Assembly: GCA_034521595.1 (NCBI GenBank)
Contig: JAXHMG010000003.1
Coordinates: 2,240,001 to 2,304,000 of the forward strand
From: Gemmatimonadota bacterium
Lineage (GTDB): Bacteria; Gemmatimonadota; Gemmatimonadetes; Longimicrobiales; Gaopeijiaceae
Reading direction: 5' to 3'
Length of the DNA stretch: 64,000 bases
Every line of letters begins with the position of its first letter. The first letter of the stretch is position 1. This document shows positions 56,701 through 64,000 of the stretch, piece after piece. The notes below the pieces were generated by a model, which worked only from the letters and a program-made list of their open reading frames with translations, was not told where the DNA came from and did no database searches. The position numbers were made by a program, and so were the translations under genes.

Positions 56701-58280
56701 AGATCCCCGCTCAGATCCACGGTCCACACGCTATCGGGGCGGCTGACCGTGCCCCGGGCATGAACGCGGGAAACGGGCGCCGAGCTCGACTCGTGCATCA
56801 TGCTCGCGACGACCCCGACCTCCCGTGCGAGGCGCCCGTCGAGCTGCACCTCGGCCGTTCCGGTCCCCCCGAACGGGAGATCGGGGGCGACGATCCGGAC
56901 GAGCTCGTAGTTGAGGGGGTCGGCGCGGGCCTCGAAGCCGGTCCAGCCGACATCGGCTCCCAGATGCACGCCGCCACTGAAGTCGACCGTCGTGGGTTGT
57001 CCTCCGTACCCCGCCGGCACGAGCGTCAACCGTCCGGTGGCGCGAAGATCATCGAGCGGACCGGAGAGCGTGGTCCGGCCGCTGAGCCAGCCTTCGAGCG
57101 GGATCGTTCGCTCCAACCACGGCTCCAATCGGGAGAGCGCGACCGGGCTGGCGGTCACGGCGAGGTCACGCGTGGACGGCGACGCTCCGAACGACACGCC
57201 CCCGTCGATCGTCAGGTTGCTCGCCGCCAGTCGCACGTCGACATCGCCGAGGGTGAGGTCCAGATGCTCACCGGTGGCCACGGCTACCGACCCGCGGAAG
57301 AGACCGTCGGGGATGCGTGGATCCGCCCACCTCAGGTCGGCCAGGTCGCCCCACTCGTCGACGCTCAGGTCGGCCTGGAAGGCCCATCCCTCACCCTGAT
57401 CCGAAGGTCCGAGCTCGACCGCCCCCCGCCCGAGCGTTTCGGGAAGCCGGAATGCCCCTTCCTGCACCGTCAGACCTTCCTCGAGGTCGAAGGCCAGCCG
57501 TCCGAACGCTTCGCGGACCCTCAGCGGCTCCTCCGAGTCGGGCAGTGACAGCCGCATGGAGAGGGACGCCAGATCCGATGCGAACGAAGCCTCCTCGCCC
57601 AGCCGGAGAACGGCATCTTCGAGGTCGAGATCCAGGCCGTCCAGACCCAGTCGCCGCAGTGGCCCCCGGGGACCGGGCACGACCCCGGCCCGCTCACCCG
57701 TCTCGGCGGGAGAGAGCACGGATACCCGCCCGTCCCGCACTCCGACCTGCCCGACGAACAGCTCGATCGGGTTGGCGGCGGAATCCGGACTCGCCTCGTC
57801 GGGCGTCAACAGCCTGGACAGGTTCAGCTCATCGTCTTCCGCCAACGTGGAGATCTCGAAGTCGAGCCCCCAGAGGATCACGGATCGCAGGCGCGGCGCC
57901 CCCGTGAGGAGTCCGGTCGGAAGGTACCGGACCACGACGGAGTCGGCCGAGATCGCGGGACGGCCCCGTGCGTCGGTCAACACGAGCTCGTCGAGGGTCG
58001 CTCCGGCGAGCAGCGTGTTGCTCCGGATCCCGCCGACGCGCAGTTCCCCCGCGAGCGATCCCCGCACGCGCTCCAGAGCGAAGTCGAGCGCGACACGATG
58101 CCCGCGTGCCGTCTGTAGCACCACCGCCACCGCGACCATGACGACCAGGAGCCCGAGCATGAACACCCGAGACCCCCAGCGGGAGATCGCCCGACGGCGT
58201 CGGAGGTGCCTCCGACGCCGTTCCCTCCCCGAATCGGTTCCGGTCGGGCGGCTGACCGACTGCTCGGTCTCTTCGTTCAT
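53742..58280 (-). CDS. tamB: Translocation/assembly module TamB-like protein
   Basis: N-terminal TM anchor, long beta-rich body, DUF490-like C-terminus (GTLVQPRVTL, DLISYLVF); directly downstream of the TamA-like gene. Confidence 0.85.
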   Translation of the reverse strand: MNEETEQSVSRPTGTDSGRERRRRHLRRRRAISRWGSRVFMLGLLVVMVAVAVVLQTARGHRVALDFALERVRGSLAGELRVGGIRSNTLLAGATLDELVLTDARGRPAISADSVVVRYLPTGLLTGAPRLRSVILWGLDFEISTLAEDDELNLSRLLTPDEASPDSAANPIELFVGQVGVRDGRVSVLSPAETGERAGVVPGPRGPLRRLGLDGLDLDLEDAVLRLGEEASFASDLASLSMRLSLPDSEEPLRVREAFGRLAFDLEEGLTVQEGAFRLPETLGRGAVELGPSDQGEGWAFQADLSVDEWGDLADLRWADPRIPDGLFRGSVAVATGEHLDLTLGDVDVRLAASNLTIDGGVSFGASPSTRDLAVTASPVALSRLEPWLERTIPLEGWLSGRTTLSGPLDDLRATGRLTLVPAGYGGQPTTVDFSGGVHLGADVGWTGFEARADPLNYELVRIVAPDLPFGGTGTAEVQLDGRLAREVGVVASMMHESSSAPVSRVHARGTVSRPDSVWTVDLSGDLAPLSLAALSDIAPELELQGELRGPLTARGPFDALEVAGEMDGARGSVRLNGRVNLFEAASGYRLELEADDFHLTEISGRMPDPAAWTGTLSVEGSGFSLDSVAGRAMLDMFSSRVGGLAIDSVSTAFRAEAGMLHADSLVGSIGGVRFRGGGRLGMRPDEHGEAEIRFSTESLVGLRPSLMGDSLIVRDELTSLERELLRVEGVDPDTLPSAEDVRLEGAVDGTATLFGRLAELGVDLRASLVGGAYGSHQVDSMRLALTVGGLPSLEGSWDVQLDATGVEWSGRSFERASFEGAMTDRSGEGRALLTRRASEWYEVAGDFVLDSVGGAVRFDEAAATIDERSWTLSRPAAVTWDGTSLTVDTLDVRRTGDDPMHFVAHGTLTRGGDSDFTVDIGGFHVEEIGTVAQSDAIDIAGHMDLALHLRGPAEAPLIDADLAIVEPRFRNIEMSRLSGTMTYRGRSMDVSLEAREGDRRALVASGTIPMDLALADVEARRLDEPMDVSISADSLSAGVALAYFGTLEDVEGTLSGEVQIEGTAADPVPSGSVELEGAAWSIEGLGVRHRNVSGSLELTGDRTMSVDLETRGTGVSTVSGTVGLTPLSDPSLDLEVSFDRFRAMNRRDIEGIISGQFTLSGTYQRPLAEGAVTVDEGTLQVDEFSRAAGVVDLTDPRLFGQGLAVDTTVFMSQPILSDVRNPFLDNLRVDVELSVPRDTWLRSNDMNVEMGGDLLVRYDRNAGDLVLIGELQALRGTYLVLGRTFDVDEGSVSFIGRPGVNPTLNINATSRVRRIEGEDIVIRGTVEGTLVQPRVTLASEEGELSQSDLISYLVFNRSAAELGRSQQSFFNSQLNSGALSTAATAVSSGFTVLTGAFFSQSGAAIAQNLGLDYLSVSRGVEGLGLTSAQLEAGSYLGDDVFIVAVVRPFADQDINPWGGVRVEWSLTDAYNLEAFVEDQFLRSGTGLFGIGELGGEQIYGVLLFREWGYNE

Positions 58281-60577
58281 CAGAACGCCTGCCCGATCGA
58301 GAAGTGAAGTTGGAAGCGGCTCCTGGAATCTCCGAAGCTTACGAGCGGGGAGAGAATGCCGAGCTCCCCGGACCGCACGTAGTACGTCCCCTCGTACTCG
58401 ATACATCCCGGCGGGGGCGAGCCCCCACTCGGGCACGCTTCAGGCTCGGCTTCCTCGATCCGGGAGGTGATGACGGGAAGCTCCACCGCTCGTCGAAAGC
58501 GATACCCCAGATCCACCCGTATCGGGCCAACCGGGCTCAAAAACCGAACCCCCACACCGGGCGTGAACTCGAGGTCTCGGAGCGAGACGTCGCCGCTCGC
58601 CGCCCACACCTGGCCGAAGTCCCCGAACGCCACGCCTTCGAAGCTACCCCCGAGACCAAAGCGCAGCTCGAGGTTGCCTTCGAGCACGCGGGAGCCCCCG
58701 GTCGGCCGAGGCACGAAGCTACCGTCGTCGAGAGCGCTCCCATCACACGAAAGGTCCATGAGCGCTTCCGGTGTGCATCCTGCCCCCCCTGCGTCCACCG
58801 GGTCCACCAACTGTTGTGGATCGTCGATGGTCAGCACGCGTGGGCCGAGACGTCCCTGGGCGAAGCCTCGCACCGAGCTCGCGCCGCCGGAATAGAAGCG
58901 CTTCTGCGGGTGTACGATCTCGGCCTCGTCGTCGGCGCGGATGAGCCGGTTGAAGCCTCCCGACCCCACCCACCCCGCCCTCAGCCTCGCGGCGAGGACG
59001 ACGTCATCGAGCGGCGTATAGCTCGACCCTTCGACCGCCACTCGATCATAGCGGAAGTTCGACGCCGTCCAGGCGGCCGCATGCTCCAAGTCGATGTTGA
59101 GACGGTATCCGCGACGCGGATTCAACAGGTCATCCGAGCGATCGCGTGTGAAGGTCAATCCCACGGGCGCGAGCGTGTTCGTCCCACCGAGAATCGCGAT
59201 GTCCTCGGGGGTGCACACGAGAAAGCCCGTGCAGAACAGCACCTCGGCCGCTTCGAGCTGGGATCGTTCCGGCCGGTACGACAGGGTCAGCGGCGTGCGG
59301 GGTCCGATGGCCCGGGTGAGCGCGAGCTCGATGCCGACCGCGCGTCGAATGAACGTGTTGGGGATGCCCTGACGCTCGGCGAAGACCGAGGCACTGAACG
59401 AGTTGCGCGTCGAGAAGATCCAGGGTTGCGAGAAATCGACGCTGGCGAGCCACGTCAGGCGCTCGTACGGCCCCGAACGGTCGGTCACGCCACACAGGAG
59501 ATCTCCGAACTGCCTCGTCAAGATGTTCGAGACGCGCCCGCGGATCCTCAGAGTGCGACCTCCGCCGAAGAAGTTCCGGCTGGTCCAGCTCGACTCCGCG
59601 TTCATGCACTCGGAGCTGGTCCAGCCGGATCCTGCCCGGACGCGGTACGCATCCCCTTCCTGCACGCTGACATCGATCGGAACCAGGGAATCCGCAGCGG
59701 CTTGAAGATCGGCCGACACCTCGGCGCTCCGGACGATCCCCATGTCGAACAGACGCCCCTGCGCATCGAGAAGCTGGCCTGCCCTGTAGAGATCGCCCGC
59801 GCGGAACTGGAGGGTGCGCAGGACCGTCGACTCATCCAGATTCTCGTTGCCCGACACGGAGATCGATCCGTAGTGGGCCCGAGCTCCCGCATCGAGGTCG
59901 AAGGTCACTTCCGCCCCGTACGGACGGTCGGCCGGAATCAGCGACTGCCGGAACACGTCCGCATGAGCATACCCCTGGTTCCGCAGGCGCTCTCGCAGGG
60001 TATCCCGGGTCGCGTCGAGCCGGAGCATGTTCAACGGATCGCCCTCCCTCAAGGGGAGATCGGTCAGCAAATCCGGGATGAGCAAACTCCCGTCCCCGGC
60101 GACCTCGCCCGTGAAGGCCATCTCTTCCACGAGCACCGGCCGGCCCTCATCCACGGTGAAGGCGACCTCGGCTTTCCCGTCGTCGCGGAACGATGTCACC
60201 GTATCGACCACGACCTCGCGGAAACCCCGTTGACGGTACCAGATCTCCAGACGCACGCGGTCTCGGGGAATCTCTCGAGCCCGCAAGTAATGGCGCTCGA
60301 TCGCGAACTCGACACCCGTCACGCACAGGGGAAGCAGGAAGCCGGACTTGCACCCCGTCTCACGCGTGACGATCGCCCGAGCGAGCGAATCTCCGGGGAA
60401 CGTTTCATTGCCCAGGAATCGAACCGTCTCGATCTCCGGAGGACCCAGCTGTGCGAGCGCCGGTTTCGCCCGAGCTCCAAGCGTGACGAGAAGTCCGGAC
60501 AACGCGAGGATCGCCGTCACCGCCGTCCTTGTGATCCGTCCTTCAGCCCCCACCCCTCGAACCCTCCACGGAATCAT
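58280..60577 (-). CDS. tamA: BamA/TamA family outer-membrane protein
   Basis: POTRA repeats, RFYSGGASSVRGF, SPVGPIRVDLGY, C-terminal HFSIGQAF. Confidence 0.9.
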   Translation of the reverse strand: MIPWRVRGVGAEGRITRTAVTAILALSGLLVTLGARAKPALAQLGPPEIETVRFLGNETFPGDSLARAIVTRETGCKSGFLLPLCVTGVEFAIERHYLRAREIPRDRVRLEIWYRQRGFREVVVDTVTSFRDDGKAEVAFTVDEGRPVLVEEMAFTGEVAGDGSLLIPDLLTDLPLREGDPLNMLRLDATRDTLRERLRNQGYAHADVFRQSLIPADRPYGAEVTFDLDAGARAHYGSISVSGNENLDESTVLRTLQFRAGDLYRAGQLLDAQGRLFDMGIVRSAEVSADLQAAADSLVPIDVSVQEGDAYRVRAGSGWTSSECMNAESSWTSRNFFGGGRTLRIRGRVSNILTRQFGDLLCGVTDRSGPYERLTWLASVDFSQPWIFSTRNSFSASVFAERQGIPNTFIRRAVGIELALTRAIGPRTPLTLSYRPERSQLEAAEVLFCTGFLVCTPEDIAILGGTNTLAPVGLTFTRDRSDDLLNPRRGYRLNIDLEHAAAWTASNFRYDRVAVEGSSYTPLDDVVLAARLRAGWVGSGGFNRLIRADDEAEIVHPQKRFYSGGASSVRGFAQGRLGPRVLTIDDPQQLVDPVDAGGAGCTPEALMDLSCDGSALDDGSFVPRPTGGSRVLEGNLELRFGLGGSFEGVAFGDFGQVWAASGDVSLRDLEFTPGVGVRFLSPVGPIRVDLGYRFRRAVELPVITSRIEEAEPEACPSGGSPPPGCIEYEGTYYVRSGELGILSPLVSFGDSRSRFQLHFSIGQAF

Positions 60578-61409
60578 CCGACCCCTCACCCATGACCCCG
60601 GCCCTCCGACCCCGCGTGACCACGGTGGGATTCGCCGGCTCGAAACGCTCCCGTTCCGGCACGAAACGATGCGGTGTGACGCGGATGTCCTCCGGGCTGA
60701 TTCGAATCAGGTTGAACGTGTTCAGACCCGCTTCACTCCCCCTCCCCCTGTGGGAGGTCGTCGTCCCGCACGACACCAGCGGAAACGATACACCGGTCCT
60801 CACGTCGTCCCCACCGAGAATTCGTGTATGGTGCACGTGTCCACCCAGAAGCAGATCAACCCCCATGCCGGCGAACGCGCTCAGGTGAGCCTTCGCCCCC
60901 GGCAACGGCCGCCCTCCCGAACCGTCGTCCGTCTCCACGAAGTGGTGGTGCACGACGAGGATTCGAAGTTGCTCCGGGCGCGCCTCGGCGAACGCGGTGC
61001 GCGCGAACGCGATCTGAGACGCGTCGAGCCGTCCGGCAACGATGGCACGGCGCGGCGCTGACGAATTCAGCGCGACCACCTTCGCGCCGGGTGCGTCCAA
61101 TACGGAGTCGAGCTCGGCGGCGATGTAGCGCTTCCAATTGCGGTAGGGAGCCACGAGACGTTCCCAGACCCGGTATAGAGGCACGTCGTGATTGCCCGGC
61201 GTCACGACGACGGGCCGATCACCCAACCGTGAGAGCAAAGCGCGTGCCACGCGGTATTCACTCGCCTTCGCGCGCTGAGTGAGATCCCCCGCGATCACCA
61301 CGATATCCGGTGCTTCCTCGTCGACCGTGCGCACGAGAGCGTCCGCCACGTGGGAACGATACGGCTTACCGATCTGGAGGTCGGACGCATGGAGCAGGGT
61401 CAGAGTCAC
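60543..61409 (-). CDS. Calcineurin-like metallophosphoesterase (CpdA-like)
   Basis: HASDLQ, AGDLT, PGNHD, HHH, GGHVH. Confidence 0.9.
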   Translation of the reverse strand: MTLTLLHASDLQIGKPYRSHVADALVRTVDEEAPDIVVIAGDLTQRAKASEYRVARALLSRLGDRPVVVTPGNHDVPLYRVWERLVAPYRNWKRYIAAELDSVLDAPGAKVVALNSSAPRRAIVAGRLDASQIAFARTAFAEARPEQLRILVVHHHFVETDDGSGGRPLPGAKAHLSAFAGMGVDLLLGGHVHHTRILGGDDVRTGVSFPLVSCGTTTSHRGRGSEAGLNTFNLIRISPEDIRVTPHRFVPERERFEPANPTVVTRGRRAGVMGEGSDDSVEGSRGGG

Positions 61410-61419
61410 GAGTCCGGCT

Positions 61420-62271
61420 TCAACGCGTCGCGGGCTCGGGAGCGCCCCGGGAGAGGCGAGCCACGCCCACGGCGCCCACGATCATGATTCCGACCGAAAA
61501 CATCTGCGCCAGAGTGAGGGGCCCGAGGAACCGGTCGTCCTTGGCGCGGAAGAACTCGACCACGAAGCGCTCGATCCCGGCCAGAATCAGCCAGAGCATG
61601 AACAGCCATCCCGCGGCCCGTCTTCCTCCTCTGAGCCGCCAGAGCACGGCGAAGATGAGGGTGCTCATACCGACCTCGTAGAGCTGCGTCGGGTGCACGG
61701 GAACGACCTGACCGTACTGTTCGATGAGCTCCGGATCGACGGCGATCCCGAACTCCTGCTCGATGATATCGACCCGCGTGGGCGGGGCCCCGCGAGGGAA
61801 GGCGATGCCGACCGCGGAACCGGTGGGGCGGCCCCAGTCGTCGCCGACCATGAAGCACCCGATCCGACCGACCGCGTACGCCAACGCGAGCGCCGGCGCG
61901 GTGGCATCCGCCATCCGGGCGAGGGGAAGCTTCTGCCGCCGAATCTCCCAGATCACGAGCACCGTCGCGAGGAAGAACCCTCCGTACCAAACCAGTCCGC
62001 CCCGTGCGAAGATGAGACCCAGCGGGTCCGCCATCAGCTGCTCGTAGTTCAGGAGCACGTAGTACCCCTTGGCGCCGATGATACCGCCCACGACCGCCAT
62101 GAACACGAGGTCCCACGCCTTGTCGGGGTCCTCGCCCATGCGGCGCATTTCGGCACGTAGTATGTACCCGCCGGTCAGGAAGGCCAGGAGCATGAAGACG
62201 CCGAAGGACGTGACCGCCTCGCCGCCAAGGAACGGCAACCATTCGGGCAGCTCGAAAATGACCGGATACAT
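61420..62271 (-). CDS. lgt: Prolipoprotein diacylglyceryl transferase
   Basis: MYPVIF, GGLVWYGG, GRIGCFMVGDDWG, HPTQLYE, RFVVEFFR. Confidence 0.93.
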   Translation of the reverse strand: MYPVIFELPEWLPFLGGEAVTSFGVFMLLAFLTGGYILRAEMRRMGEDPDKAWDLVFMAVVGGIIGAKGYYVLLNYEQLMADPLGLIFARGGLVWYGGFFLATVLVIWEIRRQKLPLARMADATAPALALAYAVGRIGCFMVGDDWGRPTGSAVGIAFPRGAPPTRVDIIEQEFGIAVDPELIEQYGQVVPVHPTQLYEVGMSTLIFAVLWRLRGGRRAAGWLFMLWLILAGIERFVVEFFRAKDDRFLGPLTLAQMFSVGIMIVGAVGVARLSRGAPEPATR

Positions 62272-62290
62272 GAGATGTGCGCAGCCCGCG

Positions 62291-63400
62291 CTAAATTCGT
62301 GGAGCGGTTGCCGGACGCGGCTCGTCCGCGTCCGGAGAGACGCCCCGGACCAAACCCGGGAAAGGTAGCGAAGCCGATGCGGTCCCGTGCATCGGTGCCG
62401 TCTCACCCCGATCGAAGCGGAAGCGGGCCGCTCGCGCCACCATCGCTCCGTTGTCGAGGGACAGGCGAGGTGAAGCGTGGAAAAGCCGCCCATCCGCCGC
62501 CAGCCCATCCGACATGCCTTCCCGAAGACCCGCGTTGACGCTCACCCCACCCCCCATCAGCACCCTCTGGCAACCCGTTCGGTGGGCGGCCCGCAGCGTC
62601 TTCCGCACGAGAACGTCCACCACCGCTTCCTGGAATGCGGCGGCCACGTCGGCGCGGTGCGCCTCGAGCTCTCCCCGCGCGGCCAGGTCTCCAACGAGCT
62701 CGGCGACCGAAGTCTTGAGACCGCTGAACGAGAAATCGTAATACGCCGCCGAGCTCGGACTCTCGTTCCGCCTCAGCATCGGTCGCGGGAGCTCGTGCCG
62801 CGACGGATCGCCGCGCTCCGCGAGACGTTGAATCTGAGGCCCACCGGGATAGGGCAACCCGAGCAGCTTGGCAACCTTGTCGAACGCCTCCCCGGCCGCG
62901 TCGTCCCGGGTCTCACCGAGGAGTCGATACTCGCCCCACCGAGGCACGTGGAGCAGCATCGTATGCCCTCCCGACACCAGGAGCGCCACGAACGGAGGCT
63001 CGGCCGCGGGGTCCTCCAGGGAGGGAGCGAAGAGGTGGGCTTCCATGTGATGGACGGCGACCCAGGGCCGATCTCTCCCGTATGCCGCGGCCTTCGTCCA
63101 ACACACACCCACGAGCAACGCTCCGATGAGACCGGGGCCCGCGGTGACCCCGAAGACATCGACGTCCGCCAATCCAACGCCGGCCTGCTCGAGCGCGGCT
63201 CCGACGACGGCATCCACTTTCTGAAGGTGTGCCCGAGCCGCCAACTCGGGAACGACGCCACCGTATACCTCGTGCACGTCCTGAGACAGGATCACGTGCC
63301 CGAGGATGCGGTGGTTCCCGTCCAAGACCGCCGCCGAAGTCTCGTCGCAAGATGTCTCGAGACCCAGCACGATCGGTCGCCCACGACGCCCGCTCACCAT
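62291..63400 (-). CDS. tsaD: tRNA N6-threonylcarbamoyladenosine synthesis protein TsaD
   Basis: LGLETSCDET, GGVVPELAAR, HHMEAH, SGGHT, DDAAGEAFDK, FSFSGLKT, DNGAM. Confidence 0.97.
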   Translation of the reverse strand: MVSGRRGRPIVLGLETSCDETSAAVLDGNHRILGHVILSQDVHEVYGGVVPELAARAHLQKVDAVVGAALEQAGVGLADVDVFGVTAGPGLIGALLVGVCWTKAAAYGRDRPWVAVHHMEAHLFAPSLEDPAAEPPFVALLVSGGHTMLLHVPRWGEYRLLGETRDDAAGEAFDKVAKLLGLPYPGGPQIQRLAERGDPSRHELPRPMLRRNESPSSAAYYDFSFSGLKTSVAELVGDLAARGELEAHRADVAAAFQEAVVDVLVRKTLRAAHRTGCQRVLMGGGVSVNAGLREGMSDGLAADGRLFHASPRLSLDNGAMVARAARFRFDRGETAPMHGTASASLPFPGLVRGVSPDADEPRPATAPRI

Positions 63401-64000
63401 GACCCGGTACCGGGTGGGGAGAGCCCGACATCCGTCGCCCGACGGACTTCGACTCCGTCGACGAGTGCGTCCGCGCGCACGCGCTCGGGCACACCCGTAA
63501 TCTCCACCGGAACCCGACGAACCTCTCCGGGCGCCATTCGTCGCAGGGCTTCGGGATCGACCGACGCTTCAATTTGGCCGATGTCCAGCCCCGTCACGAG
63601 GGAGCGCGCCCCGGCGATGCGCACCCGGATCGTACGTGGCTCCGCGACCAGCGGGGAATCACCGTCACCGGCCTCCACCCGGACCACGATCCCCGGCAAC
63701 ATACGCTCGACCACCCGCTCGACCCGCACCCCGAGCGAAACGGTCGACGGAACGGCGGTTCCCCCCGCGAGGCCGGTGGTGTCGACGGCCACGGTGAAAA
63801 CGCCAGACTGTGATACCGTACCGAGGTCGAACGTCTCGAGCCCGACCGAGTCCAAACCCGCCATCCGACTCTCGGGCCCCCGGACCCGTACGAACTGCGG
63901 GTTGGGAGAGATGTCCCCCACGAGAGCGAGGTCGTCGGGGAGTCGCCCCCGAATCCTGGGTGCCACCGGAACCAATCGGGTCACCGCCGGCTCGAACGAA
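63394..64000 (-). CDS. CdaR/YbbR-like domain protein; 5' end outside the window
   Basis: Repeated VPV...P..V.VRGP..S units typical of YbbR domains. Confidence 0.75.
   Translation of the reverse strand, partial: SFEPAVTRLVPVAPRIRGRLPDDLALVGDISPNPQFVRVRGPESRMAGLDSVGLETFDLGTVSQSGVFTVAVDTTGLAGGTAVPSTVSLGVRVERVVERMLPGIVVRVEAGDGDSPLVAEPRTIRVRIAGARSLVTGLDIGQIEASVDPEALRRMAPGEVRRVPVEITGVPERVRADALVDGVEVRRATDVGLSPPGTGSW

Overview
High-GC (about 70% by eye) bacterial chromosomal window. Gene content points to a diderm, Gemmatimonadota-like organism (inference). No rRNA, tRNA, CRISPR array or intact mobile element was seen. Core genes are purA, trpS, pilT, uvrA, htpX, tamB/tamA, lgt, tsaD and a partial cdaR/YbbR gene. 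Accessory modules: (1) a thiol/redox-type island (1.9-14.7 kb) with a sensor kinase, ECF sigma and zinc anti-sigma, two DUF3179 paralogs, DUF547, TVP38, thioredoxin, DUF3047, a MerA-like flavoprotein, flavodoxin-like reductase, a beta-barrel and DsbA, where all three transcription units carry a SigH/SigR-like GGAAC-N18/19-GTT promoter; (2) a PA2779-like Gly-Gly precursor coupled to a C39-like peptidase fused to TPR, POTRA and an Omp85-like barrel, the best candidate for an undescribed peptide processing/export system; (3) MscS plus split and full MgtE; (4) IorAB-like molybdoenzyme and a sigma54-driven Hsp20; (5) a peptidoglycan-salvage cluster; (6) YbjN-PspA-aminotransferase; (7) a Cys/His-rich uORF with a Pro-rich tail ahead of an outer-membrane barrel, a candidate metal-sensing arrest peptide. 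The purA leader contains a terminator-like hairpin. Four apparent +1 frameshifts and two gene remnants lie in the first 15 kb. All family calls come from motif recognition, not database searches.
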